Shown here: piece by piece, positions 1 through 10,136 of the stretch
Numbering within the stretch: position 1 is the stretch's first letter
Layout of the letters: each line of letters opens with the position of its first letter
NCBI GenBank assembly: GCA_963758715.1
Contig: CAVWWK010000008.1
Location: 92,294 to 156,293 of the forward strand
Length of the DNA stretch: 64,000 nt
Direction: 5' to 3'
Source: an uncultured Actinomycetes bacterium
GTDB taxonomy: Bacteria > Actinomycetota > UBA4738 > HRBIN12
Program-made: the position numbers and the translations under genes
Notes under the pieces: model-generated
The model's input: only the letters and a program-made list of their open reading frames with translations
Databases searched by the model: none
Told to the model about the DNA's origin: nothing

Positions 1-1
1 C

Positions 2-853
2 GACGACGAGGCCCAGACCCTGAACGCCATGGTGGCCTCCGCGCGAGCGGTGTTCACACCCGAGGTCGTCGCGATCGGGATCGCTGCTGCGGGTCTCATG
101 GAATGGCCCTCGGGCGTGATGAAGTTCTCGCCGAACATCGCATGGCGCGACGAACCGCTGCTGGACCACGCGGCGAAGGCGCTGGGTGTTCCGGTGGTCG
201 CGGAGAACGACGCGACCGCGGCGACGTGGGGGGAGTTCCTGCTCGGATCGGGCCGCGGGTTCCGTCACGTGCTGTTCGTGGGCGTGGGCACCGGGATCGG
301 CGGCGGCATGGTGATCGACGGGGCGCTGTTCCGGGGGGCGCACGGTTTCGCTGCCGAGATCGGCCACATCATCGTCGAGCCCGGGGGCCCGCCATGCGGC
401 TGCGGCAACCAGGGCTGCTGGGAGCAGGTCGCGAGCGGCTCGGCGGTGACCAGGGAGGGCCGGGCGGCCGTGACGAGACACCCGCACTCGCTGCTCGCCG
501 AACGCAGCGGCGGCGATCCCGAACGGGTCACCGGCGTCATGGTGACCGAGGCCGCTCGTGACGGCGACCCCGTCTCGCAGGGGATCCTCATGGATGCGGG
601 GCGCCGGCTCGGCGAGGGCATCGCCGGGCTGGTGAACATCCTCGATCCGGAGGTCGTGATCGTCGGGGGAGGGGCGTCGGAAGCGGGAGATCTCATCCTG
701 GATCCCGTGCGGTCCGCCTACTCGCGCTCGGTCGAGGCGGTCGAGTTCCGGCCCGAGGTGCCGATCGTCGTGGCGTCGCTCGGCAACGACGCCGGTGCGG
801 TTGGCGCCGCCCTGATGGCCCTCGAGACGTTCCCGGGGGCGGCCGGCACGTGA
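2..853 (+). CDS. ROK family sugar kinase (glucokinase-like), 5' end outside window
   Basis: ENDA motif, GTGIGGG, GFAAEIGH and CGCGNQGCWE zinc motif. Confidence 0.9.
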   Translation, partial: DDEAQTLNAMVASARAVFTPEVVAIGIAAAGLMEWPSGVMKFSPNIAWRDEPLLDHAAKALGVPVVAENDATAATWGEFLLGSGRGFRHVLFVGVGTGIGGGMVIDGALFRGAHGFAAEIGHIIVEPGGPPCGCGNQGCWEQVASGSAVTREGRAAVTRHPHSLLAERSGGDPERVTGVMVTEAARDGDPVSQGILMDAGRRLGEGIAGLVNILDPEVVIVGGGASEAGDLILDPVRSAYSRSVEAVEFRPEVPIVVASLGNDAGAVGAALMALETFPGAAGT

Positions 854-1734
854 AGCTCGGCGTGTCGCTTCCCGTCTTTACCGCCGATCCCGCGCGACCG
901 CTCGCGGTGGCCGCCCGCGCGCGGGAGCTGGGTGTGGACGGCGTGTTCTCGCCCGATCACCTGTTCCCCCCGATCTTCTATCCACCTTCAGGCCCCGAGC
1001 GGCCGGCGTTGGAGGCGTTCTCGGTGCTGTCCGCCGTCGCCGCCCGCGAGCAGGGATTGCACGTGGGCACCCTGGTCGCTCGGGTCACCCTGCGGCACCC
1101 GGGGATGCTGGCGAAGCAGGCGGCCGCCCTTGACGCAATGACCGGCGGCCGCGCGATCCTGGCGTTGGGGACCGGAGACCGAGCCTCGCTCCCCGAGCAC
1201 GAGCGGTACGGCATCCCGTTCCCGGCGGTCGCGGATCGTCTCGCCATGCTGGAGGAGACCGTGACGGCGATCCGGGCGCTGTTCGACGGCGGCACGTATG
1301 AAGGGGGCGCCCACGTCCCCGCGATGGAGGGACCGCTGCTTCCGAAGGGGTCACCGGCCATCTGGGTCGGCGGGCTGTCCGAGCCCGTGATCGCGATCGC
1401 CGCCAGGGTGGCCGACGCCTGGAACGGATGGGGGTTGGACGCCGAGGGCTTCGCGGCGAAGGCTGCCCGGCTGCGCGAGCTCGCGGAGGGGCGCGAGGTC
1501 GTTCCTACCTGGGGCGGCATCGCGTTGGTGGGGGAAGACGCAGCCGATCTCGAGCGGTTGGTGGCCGAGCGCGCAGACAAAGGCCTTTCGCTCCAGGGTG
1601 TGTGGACCGGCACGGCGCCCGAGCTGCGAGGGTTCGTCTCGTCGTTGGAGGAGGCCGGCACGACGTGGTTCGTGGTCCTGCCCGCCGGGCCGGCCGACCG
1701 TCTGGACGTGATCGCGGACGCGCTCGCCGGGTGA
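850..1734 (+). CDS. LLM (luciferase-like) flavin/F420-dependent oxidoreductase
   Basis: PDH, GTLV..RHPGMLAK, IWVGG motifs; GTGA overlap with upstream gene. Confidence 0.85.
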   Translation: MKLGVSLPVFTADPARPLAVAARARELGVDGVFSPDHLFPPIFYPPSGPERPALEAFSVLSAVAAREQGLHVGTLVARVTLRHPGMLAKQAAALDAMTGGRAILALGTGDRASLPEHERYGIPFPAVADRLAMLEETVTAIRALFDGGTYEGGAHVPAMEGPLLPKGSPAIWVGGLSEPVIAIAARVADAWNGWGLDAEGFAAKAARLRELAEGREVVPTWGGIALVGEDAADLERLVAERADKGLSLQGVWTGTAPELRGFVSSLEEAGTTWFVVLPAGPADRLDVIADALAG

Positions 1735-2342
1735 CGGCTGATCGGATGAACAGCGGCGAGCTCAAGAAGGCCAAGCGCGACGTCCGGCGCAGGGTGGTCG
1801 CGGCACGAGACGCGATTCCCCAGCGCGAGCGCGAGCACCGGGGGAACGCGATCGCGGAGCGCTTCCTGTCGTTGCCGGAGCTGGCCGATGCCGGAACGGT
1901 CATGGCGTTCTGGTCGTTCGGATCGGAGGTGCCGACCGCACCCCTGCTCCGCGCGCTCCACGACCTGGGCGTGCGCGTGGCGCTGCCCCGCATCGCCGAC
2001 GGAGAGCTGCGCCCTGTCGCATACGAACGGGGTGACGCCACCGCCGAGACCACCTTCGGGGCGCGGGAACCCGTGGACGGAACGGTCGTGGAGCCGAGCG
2101 AGATCGACGTCGTCGCCACCCCCGCGGTCGCCTTCGACCGGGACGGACGACGGATCGGCTACGGGGGCGGGTTCTACGACCGCTTCTTCACGCGGACGTC
2201 CCCGGGGGCGCTGCGTGCAGGCATCGGGTTCGATGTGCAGGTGCTGCCCGAGGGGGAGGCGCTCCCGGGCGGGAGCTTCGACCTGCGAGTCGACGTCGTG
2301 GTCACCGAGTCCGGCACGATCCGCTGCCGGCGCGAACGGTGA
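1731..2342 (+). CDS. 5-formyltetrahydrofolate cyclo-ligase
   Basis: K..R N-terminus, SEV, TPAVAFDRDGRRIGYGGGFYDRF signature; in frame of ORF 1428..2342, GTGA overlap at 1731. Confidence 0.92.
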   Translation: MTADRMNSGELKKAKRDVRRRVVAARDAIPQREREHRGNAIAERFLSLPELADAGTVMAFWSFGSEVPTAPLLRALHDLGVRVALPRIADGELRPVAYERGDATAETTFGAREPVDGTVVEPSEIDVVATPAVAFDRDGRRIGYGGGFYDRFFTRTSPGALRAGIGFDVQVLPEGEALPGGSFDLRVDVVVTESGTIRCRRER

Positions 2343-2959
2343 GGCCGGCTCCGCCCGCCCGCGTGCGGCGGGGCCCCTGGCGCGAGGCGACGTATGCGGC
2401 GCTGGACTTCGAAACGACGGGGCTGGACCTTCGCCGGGATTCGATCGTCTCGTTCGGCGTCGTGCCGGTGCTCGACGGACGCGTGTCGATGAAGGGCTCC
2501 CTCCACCAGCTGGTCGCGCCCGATGTTGCGCCGTCGCCGCGGTCCCAGACCATCCACGAGCTCCGATCCCAGGATCTGCAGGGTGCGCCGCCGCTCGACG
2601 AGGCTCGTCCACTGCTGGCCGGCGCGCTCGAAGGGCGGTTCGTGCTGGCGTGGTTCGCGGAGGTGGAGACGCGGTTCCTGGCCCGGACCTTCGGAGGCTC
2701 CGTTCGATCGTGGGCGCGCAGGACCATCGACGTCAGGAACCTGGCGATCGCCGTGGCGGGAGAGCCCCGCCGCGCTCGATCCGAGCCCGGATTCGCGCTG
2801 ACGGGGACGGCCCGCCGATACGGGGTTCCGGTGGCCGATCCTCACGAGGCCTTCGACGACGCATTGGTGACCGCCCAGCTCTTCCTGGTGCTCACGTCCC
2901 GGCTCCGAGCCGATCGCGAGCCGACCCTGCGGGAGGTGGCGAGGGCCGGGCGGCCGTGA
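2339..2959 (+). CDS. DEDDh 3'-5' exonuclease (DnaQ-like)
   Basis: LDFETTG ExoI motif and HEAFDDA ExoIII motif. Confidence 0.85.
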   Translation: MRPAPPARVRRGPWREATYAALDFETTGLDLRRDSIVSFGVVPVLDGRVSMKGSLHQLVAPDVAPSPRSQTIHELRSQDLQGAPPLDEARPLLAGALEGRFVLAWFAEVETRFLARTFGGSVRSWARRTIDVRNLAIAVAGEPRRARSEPGFALTGTARRYGVPVADPHEAFDDALVTAQLFLVLTSRLRADREPTLREVARAGRP

Positions 2960-2970
2960 GGTCTCCTGAC

Positions 2971-3022
2971 CGCATGGCCTCCTGACCTCAAGGCAGGGCG
3001 TTGTCCCAGGTCAGAGCATGCG
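2971..3022. repeat. Imperfect intergenic inverted repeat (terminator or REP-like hairpin)
   Basis: CGCATG 2971-2976 / CATGCG 3017-3022 and CTGACCT 2982-2988 / AGGTCAG 3008-3014. Confidence 0.5.
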
Positions 3023-3035
3023 TGCTGCGTCCGAC

Positions 3036-3065
3036 TTGAACAACCGTTCAATGTCGCGGTATAAC
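3036..3065 (+). promoter_or_regulatory. Sigma70-type promoter with palindromic operator over the -35
   Basis: TTGAAC 3036-3041, 18 bp, TATAAC 3060-3065; palindrome TTGAAC-AACC-GTTCAA 3036-3051. Confidence 0.7.
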
Positions 3066-3106
3066 GCAGAAGCGGCGTCGCGGTGGCGCCACCGCAGGAG
3101 GAGTCC

Positions 3107-4207
3107 GTGGGTCAGAGCAGGGAGACCGCGTTCCACTCGATCACCTCGAAGAACGCCGTCGGCTTCGACGAGGAAGCGGGCTGGCTGTGGGTGACCACCT
3201 TCGGCGACCCCGAGGCCGAGTACCGCGCGGTCCGACAGGACGTCGGGATGTGGGATCTGTCGCCACTCAACAAGTGGGACGTGCACGGGCCCGATGCCGT
3301 GGAGGCGGTGCAGCGCGTCCACACGAACGACATCGTCGGCATGCGGGCCGGTCAGGTTCGCTACGGCGCGTTCGTGGACGAAGATGGGCTGCTTGTCGAC
3401 GACGGCACCGTGTTCAAGCACGCCGACGACCACCTGTGGATGTGCACGAACGGCAACGAGCGTGAGGAGTACTTCGCCGACGCGACCAAGGGCCTCGAGG
3501 TCTCGATCGAGTACATCGCGCCGTCGCTTCCCAGCATGCAGATCCAGGGTCCCCGCTCCCGGGAGCTGATGCGTTCGCTCACCGACGCGCCGATCGACGA
3601 CCTGCGCTACTTCACGTTCTTCCCCGACCAGGTGCATGTCGGCGGCGTGCCGGTGTGGGTGTCGCGGACCGGGTTCTCCGGGGAGCTCGGCTACGAGGTG
3701 TTCCTGCGGCCCGAACACGCGGAGACCCTGTGGGAGGCGGTCGAAGCCGCGGGAGCCACGCCCTACGGGGTGGAGATCATCGAGCCGATCCGCGTCGAGA
3801 CCGGCATGATCGTCACCGACTACGACTATCAGGAGCACGAGCGCTCTCCCTTCGACCTGGGGCTCGATCGCATGGTGGCACTGGACGCGCCCGGCGAGTT
3901 CATGGGCAAGGACGAACTCCGGGCGATCTCGGCCGACCCGCCCAACCGCTTCAAGACGATCCGCCTCGAGGGCGAGGAGATGCCCGAGTACGGCGCGTCG
4001 GTTTCGATCGGAGGCGAGGAGGTCGGCACCCTGACGAGCCCGGCGCTCAGCCCGATCCTGGGGCCGATCGGCCTCGCGATCATCCGCACCGACGTGGCAG
4101 CCGACGGCACTGCCGTGGAGGTCGCGATGCCCGACGGTTCCACCACGGCGGGCACGATCGACGTGCTCGCGCTCTACGATCCGACGAAGGAACGGCCGCG
4201 CGCCTGA
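3107..4207 (+). CDS. GcvT-fold aminomethyltransferase family protein (paralog 1)
   Basis: WDLSPLNK, VDDG, IQGP, RTGFSGELGYE motifs; AGGAGG SD at 3096-3101 before GTG 3107. Confidence 0.9.
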   Translation: MGQSRETAFHSITSKNAVGFDEEAGWLWVTTFGDPEAEYRAVRQDVGMWDLSPLNKWDVHGPDAVEAVQRVHTNDIVGMRAGQVRYGAFVDEDGLLVDDGTVFKHADDHLWMCTNGNEREEYFADATKGLEVSIEYIAPSLPSMQIQGPRSRELMRSLTDAPIDDLRYFTFFPDQVHVGGVPVWVSRTGFSGELGYEVFLRPEHAETLWEAVEAAGATPYGVEIIEPIRVETGMIVTDYDYQEHERSPFDLGLDRMVALDAPGEFMGKDELRAISADPPNRFKTIRLEGEEMPEYGASVSIGGEEVGTLTSPALSPILGPIGLAIIRTDVAADGTAVEVAMPDGSTTAGTIDVLALYDPTKERPRA

Positions 4208-4242
4208 CGCGTGGCCCCGACCCGCATTCCCGGGAGGACACG

Positions 4243-5337
4243 ATGACCGACGAACACCGTTCACCGCTGCACGCGTGGCACGAGGCGCAGGGCGCCGAGA
4301 CGCTCGTCGAGGACGGCTGGCCCTGGCCGATGCACGAGGGCACGGACCCCATGATCGAGTACGAGGCCATCCGGACGGGGACCGGCATCTGGGACCTGTT
4401 CTCGACCAGCAAGTACGAGGTCACCGGTCCCGACGCCGCTCGGCTGATCCAGCGCCGGTTCACGAACTCCCTGGACGGCATGGAGCCGGGACAGGTGCGC
4501 TACGGCGCGTTCGTGAACGCCAACGGCCGCATGGTCGACGACGGCAACGTCTACAAGCACGCCGACGACAAGTGCTGGGTGATGATCAACACCGCCGACA
4601 TCGAGGACTGGTTCCGCGAGACGGCCGGCGGGCTCGACGCGCAGGTCACTCACCGTACCGAGGACTACGCCATGATCGCCGTCCAGGGCCCCACCGCGAA
4701 CGAGACCCTGCAGGGTCTCACCGACCGGGATCTGAACGACCTCCGGTACTTCCGGTTCTGGCCAGAGCCGGCCACGGTCGCCGGCAAGGACGCATGGGTG
4801 CTGCGGACCGGGTTCTCGGGTGAGAAGGGCTACGAGATCGTCACCGCGCCGGAGAACGCGCAAGCGGTCTGGGACGCGTTGATCGCGGCCGGCGGCGTGC
4901 CGTTCGGCCTCACCGCGATCGACCTGGCGCGCACCGAGGTCGGCCTCATCATCATCGCCGTCGACTACAACCCCGACGAGATCTCCCCCTATGACCTGTC
5001 GATGGACCGGTTCATCAAGACCGATACCGAGAACGTGGGAGCGCAGGCGCTGGCCGAGTACGGGGCGAACCCGCCCAAGCGCTTCAAGACGCTCAAGGTC
5101 GAGGGCGACGCCATGCCCGACTACGGGGCCGCGGTCACGAAGGACGGTCAGCCTGTGGGCATCGTGACCTCACCGGCGGTGAGCCCACACCTGGGCACGA
5201 TCGGTCTGGCGATCCTGGACGCGGGCGTCGCGAACGACGGCGAGAAGGTCGAGGTCGCTGTCGAGGGTGGCACCGCTCCCGCCACCGTCGAAGCGCTCTC
5301 GCTCCTGGATCCGAACAAGGAGAAGCCGCGCGCCTGA
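4243..5337 (+). CDS. GcvT-fold aminomethyltransferase family protein (paralog 2)
   Basis: RSPLH, VDDG, AVQGP, RTGFSGEKGYE; GGAGG SD; C-terminus LDPNKEKPRA resembles paralog 1. Confidence 0.9.
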   Translation: MTDEHRSPLHAWHEAQGAETLVEDGWPWPMHEGTDPMIEYEAIRTGTGIWDLFSTSKYEVTGPDAARLIQRRFTNSLDGMEPGQVRYGAFVNANGRMVDDGNVYKHADDKCWVMINTADIEDWFRETAGGLDAQVTHRTEDYAMIAVQGPTANETLQGLTDRDLNDLRYFRFWPEPATVAGKDAWVLRTGFSGEKGYEIVTAPENAQAVWDALIAAGGVPFGLTAIDLARTEVGLIIIAVDYNPDEISPYDLSMDRFIKTDTENVGAQALAEYGANPPKRFKTLKVEGDAMPDYGAAVTKDGQPVGIVTSPAVSPHLGTIGLAILDAGVANDGEKVEVAVEGGTAPATVEALSLLDPNKEKPRA

Positions 5338-5356
5338 TTTGGGCTGGCGGTTCGCC

Positions 5357-5381
5357 GGGGCGGGCCGTTTCGGCCCGCCCC
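5357..5381 (+). terminator. GC-rich hairpin, probable intrinsic terminator
   Basis: GGGGCGGGCCG-TTT-CGGCCCGCCCC, 19 bp after the stop codon. Confidence 0.7.
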
Positions 5382-5400
5382 GTTCCTTATGCTGGAACCC

Positions 5401-6325
5401 ATGGCGAGGGACGAACTCTACGGCGTCGTGCCGAACTTCAGCGAGGGACGGCGCGAGCGACGTGATCGACACCATCGTCGAGGCGCTCCACGTCCCCGGC
5501 GCGAGGGTCGTCTACGCCGAGGCCGACCCCGACCACAACCGCCTCGACACGACCGTGCTAGGCGACGCCGGCGCGGTCCGCCGGAGCGCGCTGGCGGGAG
5601 CGGCGGCGGCGATCGAACGCATCGACATGGACCAACACACGGGCGGGCATCCTCGGATGGGCGCGGCCGACGTGATCCCGTTCATGCCGGTCGCGGGCGT
5701 GGACATGGATGCGTGTGTCGACCTCGCGCGCGCGTTCGGCCGGGAGCTCGCCGAGACGCTGGAGATCCCGGTCTACCTGTACGATCGGGCGGCGCTCATG
5801 CCCGAACGCGCGTCGCTGGCCGACGTGCGTCGCGGCGAGCTCGAGGGCCTTCGCGTGGCGGTGGCGAACGGGGAACGCCTGCCCGACTTCGGTCCGCACG
5901 AGATCGGTCGTGCAGGCGCCACCGCCGTGGGAGCCCGGAAGCCGTTGGTCGCGTTCAACGTGTACTTGGACTCCTCTGACGAGACGGCGGCCAAGGAGAT
6001 CGCCGGCTCGATCCGGGAGTCCTCGGGAGGCTTGCCTGCCGTTCGCGCGATCGGGTTCGCGGTCCCCGAACGCGGCGGTGTCGTCACGGTGTCGATGAAC
6101 CTGGTCGACCACGAGCGCACGGGCCTGGTGCGGGCGTTCGACGAGGTAACGACGCTGGCGGCCGAGCGGCGCATGGCGGTGACCGATTCGGAGGTCGTGG
6201 GCCTGGTGCCGGCGTCGGCGCTGGGGCCGGATGATATCGACCACTTGAAGCTCGCGGGGTTCGACCCGCAGCGGCAGGTGTTGGAGCGGCTCGTCGACGC
6301 CGCGGAACGGGAGGAGAAAGGGTGA
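5401..6325 (+). CDS. Glutamate formimidoyltransferase (one frameshift near 5455)
   Basis: VPNFSEGR start, DPDHNR, HTGGHPRMGAADVIPF, PLVAFNV, VSMNL. Confidence 0.9.
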
Positions 6326-6963
6326 GCGACGTGCGACTGGGTTCGATGACGGTGGACGGCTTCTGCGAGGTGCTGGCGTCGGACTCGCCGACGCCCGGTG
6401 GGGGAGCAGTGGCTGCGATCGAGGGCGCCTCCGCAGCGGCATTGATCGGCATGGTGGCACGGCTCACGATCGGCAAGGCGGGCTTCGAGGACGTGGAGGA
6501 GCGCATGCGCGCGATGGTCGAGACGGCCGATGCAGCCCGTGGCGAGTTCCTGGACCTCGCCGACCGGGACGCCCACGCGTTCGATTCGGTGATGGTGGCG
6601 TTCCGCATGCCCAAAGAGAGCGACCAGGACAAGGCCGCGAGATCGGCGGCGATCCAGGCCGGGTATCTGGCTGCCGCGTCGGTTCCCCAGGAGGTCGCTC
6701 GCGGGGCCGTCGAGCTGATGGAGCTCGCCGAGGACGCGACCGCGATGGGCAACCCGCAGGCCGCCTCCGATGGGCTGTCGGCCGCCGCGTCGCTGTACGC
6801 GTCGGCACTCTGCGCGATCGCCAACGTCGAGATCAACGCCGCCGCGTTGAAGGACGCGGCGCAGCGGGAGGCGATGCTCGACGAGCTCGCGTCCCTGAAG
6901 ACGCGGGCCGACCAGCTGCTGAGGGAATCGCAGACCGCGTTCCAGCTTCGCCTCGCGTCGTAG
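6322..6963 (+). CDS. Formiminotetrahydrofolate cyclodeaminase (FTCD_C family)
   Basis: LASDSPTPGGGAVAA motif, ANVEIN. Confidence 0.9.
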   Translation: MSDVRLGSMTVDGFCEVLASDSPTPGGGAVAAIEGASAAALIGMVARLTIGKAGFEDVEERMRAMVETADAARGEFLDLADRDAHAFDSVMVAFRMPKESDQDKAARSAAIQAGYLAAASVPQEVARGAVELMELAEDATAMGNPQAASDGLSAAASLYASALCAIANVEINAAALKDAAQREAMLDELASLKTRADQLLRESQTAFQLRLAS

Positions 6964-7016
6964 CGACTTCCGTCCGAGCCTTGCAGGGCGCCCCGCCGTG
7001 CGGCATGGTCGAGCGC

Positions 7017-7427
7017 GTGAGGATCGACGCGATCGTGATCGACTGCCGGGATGCCGCGCCGCTCGCCCGCTTCTGGGCCGAGGCGCTCGGGTGGCGCGTG
7101 GCCGACTACGACCCGGCCGAGCTGGACAGGCTCGCAGACAAGGGGATCCACGACCCCGAGGACGATCCGTCGGTGATGGTGGAGCCTCCCGAGGACGAAC
7201 CGCCCGGCCTGCCGGTGCTGTTCTTCACCGAGGTTCCCGAGCCCAAGGCGGGCAAGAACCGCGTGCACGTCGATGTCGTCGCCGAGGACTCCGTGGACGA
7301 GGACGTGATCCGGCTCGAAGGTCTGGGCGCGACCCTGCGTAATTGGGCCGAAGAGGAAGGCAACGTCTGGGCTGTCATGCTGGACCCGGAAGGCAACGAG
7401 TTCTGCGTGATGGCCCCCGAGGAATGA
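7017..7427 (+). CDS. VOC/glyoxalase-like family protein
   Basis: [26 protein letters not shown]; start placed at GTG after TTGCAG-17-CATGGT. Confidence 0.85.
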   Translation: MRIDAIVIDCRDAAPLARFWAEALGWRVADYDPAELDRLADKGIHDPEDDPSVMVEPPEDEPPGLPVLFFTEVPEPKAGKNRVHVDVVAEDSVDEDVIRLEGLGATLRNWAEEEGNVWAVMLDPEGNEFCVMAPEE

Positions 7428-7430
7428 GGC

Positions 7431-9101
7431 TCAGAACAGGCCGACTGTTCTTCCGCTCTCGTCGATGTCGACGTTCTGGAAGGCCGGCGTCTTGCCGAGG
7501 CCGGGCATGCGCTGCATGTCGCCGCAGAGCACGACGACGAACCCGGCGCCGGCGCTCGGCACCACGCCTCGAACCGGCAGCCGGAACCCCGACGGACGGT
7601 TCAACATCAGCGGATCGTGGCTGAGCGACAGGTGGGTCTTGGCCATGCAGACAGGCAACTGGCCGAAGCCGAGCTCGTCCATGCGGGCGATGTCCTTCTC
7701 CGCCTGCGGCAGGTAGTCGACGCCGTCCGCCCCGTAGAGGCGCGTCGCGATCGCCTCGACCTGCTCGGAGATCCCGGCGCCGGCCGGCGTCAGGAAGTCG
7801 AACGTGTTCGGTTCCTCGCAGGCCTCGACGACGGCGTTCGCGAGATCGATGGCGCCCTTGCCTCCCTCGGAGAACGCGCGATTGACGACCACGGTCTGGG
7901 CGCCGGCGCCGACCGCCAGCTCCTCGATCAACGCGATCTCGGCGTCGGTGTCGGAGGGGAAGTTGTTGATCGACACGACGCACGGCAGCCCGTACGCCCG
8001 CACGATCTCGATGTGCGCGCTCAGGTTGTCGATGCCGCCACGCAGCGCGTCGAGGTCCTCGGTCTTCAGATCCGCGAACGCCATGCCCCCGTGCGACTTG
8101 GTCGCCCGCACCGGTGGTGACCAGCACCGCGGCGCTCGGTGTGAACCCGCCGAACCGGCAGACGATGTCGCAGAACTTCTGGAAGCCCAGGTCCGACGCG
8201 AACCCGGCCTCGGTCACGACGTAGTCGGCGAGCTTCAGCGCGACGCGGTCCTCGATGATCGAGTTGTTCGCGTGCGCGATGTTCCCGAAGGGACCGGCGT
8301 GCGCGAGCACGGGCTGGCCTTCGAGCGTCTGTACCAGGTTCGGCTTGATCGCGTCCTTCATGATCACGGTCATCGCCCCGCCGGCCTTGAGGTCGTCGGC
8401 GGTCACGGGCCTGCCCTCGTGCGTCGAGGCGACGACGATGCTGCCGAGCCGGCGCCGCAGGTCCTTCAGGTCGGCTCGCGAGCGCGAACACGGCCATGAT
8501 CTCGGACGCCGCGGCGATCACGAACCCGTTCTCGCGGGGGTAGCCGTGCGCCCTGCCCCGAGGCCCGACGACGGTGTATCGCAGCTCCCGGTCGTTCACG
8601 TCGAGCGTGCGAGGCCACGTGATCGTCTGCGGGTCGATGCCGAGCTCGTTGCCGTGGTAGACGCTCGCGTCGAGCGCCGCCGGCAACAGGTTGTGCGCGG
8701 CCTCACGGCGTGGAAGTCGCCGTTGAAGTGCAGGTTGAACGTCCTCCATCGGCACGACCTGGGCGTACCCGCCACCGTTCCCGCCGCCCTTGATGCCGAA
8801 GACCGGCCCCATGCTCGGCTCCCGCAGGCAGAGCATCACGTCCTTGCCGATCTCTCCGAGCCCCTGGGTCAGGGAGACGCTCGTCGTGGTCTTGCCCTCG
8901 CCGGCCTTGGTCGGCGTGATCGCGGTCGTGATGATCAGCTTCCGTCGGGGCGAGCGGCGAGGCGGTCCAGGATCGACAGGTCGATCTTGGCGCGGTGCGT
9001 CCCGTACAGCTCGAGCTCGCCGTGCTCGATGCCGGCGGCGGCGGCGACGTCGGCGATGGGTCGGAGTCGGCTTCCTGGGCGATCTCGAGTCCGGACTTCA
9101 T
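7431..9101 (-). CDS. fhs: Formate--tetrahydrofolate ligase (several frameshifts)
   Basis: [53 protein letters not shown] across frames. Confidence 0.93.
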
Positions 9102-9279
9102 GGGGGCGTGCCGTCCTTCCTCGTGGACGGAACCGCGCGATGGTGCGGGACTCGATGGTTGACCGGGCGTTCAGCATCGGACGATACGACCCGGGATGGA
9201 CTCCCTCCAAACCCGGTTGCGTGCTGCGCGACCTAGAAGCGACCGACAGGAACGCGCCGCGATGGCGGATACTCGCTGC

Positions 9280-10123
9280 ATGGCCGTCCACGACACCCCC
9301 GTCCGCCGGAACGTGACGCCGGTCCGCGTCACCGCGGTGAACGCGGGTGTGCGTTCGGATCGTTCCGACACGCTCGCGACCGAGGAGCCGCTCGAGATCA
9401 GGGTCGCGGGGCCGGATCAGGATGCCGCGCAGGTGGCGGTGACGATGCGCACGCCCGGCGGGGACTTCGAGCTCGCGGTGGGGTTCCTGTTCACCGAGGG
9501 GCTGGTCGGCCCCGAGCGACGTGGCGCGCGTGGCCTACTGTGACGACCTCGACGACGAGGAGCAGCGGTACAACGTCGTCACGGTGACGCTCACCCGCCA
9601 GTTCGACGCCGCCTCGCTCCGTCGCAACTTCTTCGTGACGTCCTCGTGCGGCATCTGCGGGAAGGCGGCGCTCGACGACGTCCAGGTGCGATGCGCCCCC
9701 GTCGCGCCCGGACCTCAGGTGCCGGCGGAGGTCGTCGTCGGCCTGCCCGATGCGCTCCGGGCCGGTCAGCGCGTGTTCGATCGCACCGGGGGACTGCACG
9801 CCGCGGGACTGTTCGACCCGACGGGCCGGCTCGAGTCCCTGCGCGAGGACGTCGGCCGTCACAACGCAGTGGACAAGGTGATCGGGGAGCAGGTGCTCCG
9901 GGAACACGTCCCGCTCGCCGACCGTCTGCTGCAGGTCAGCGGCAGAGCCAGCTTCGAGATCGTGCAGAAGGCGGCCATGGCCGGCATCCCCATCGTGAGC
10001 GCGGTGAGCGCCCCGTCCTCGCTCGCCGTCGAGGCGGGGGAGCGGTTCGGCATGACGATCGTCGGATTCGTCCGAGACGGGCGGTGCAACGTCTACAGCC
10101 ACCCGGAACGGGTGCTGACGTAG
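9280..10123 (+). CDS. fdhD: Formate dehydrogenase accessory sulfurtransferase (frameshift near 9520)
   Basis: [37 protein letters not shown]. Confidence 0.93.
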
Positions 10124-10136
10124 ACAGCCGGGTCAC

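Noticed and set aside
2960-3106. Glycine riboswitch before the GcvT-fold genes
   Set aside because: No aptamer consensus seen, and the predicted leader is only about 35 nt
9102-9279. ZTP or THF riboswitch before fhs
   Set aside because: Conserved aptamer motifs not seen; only generic hairpins
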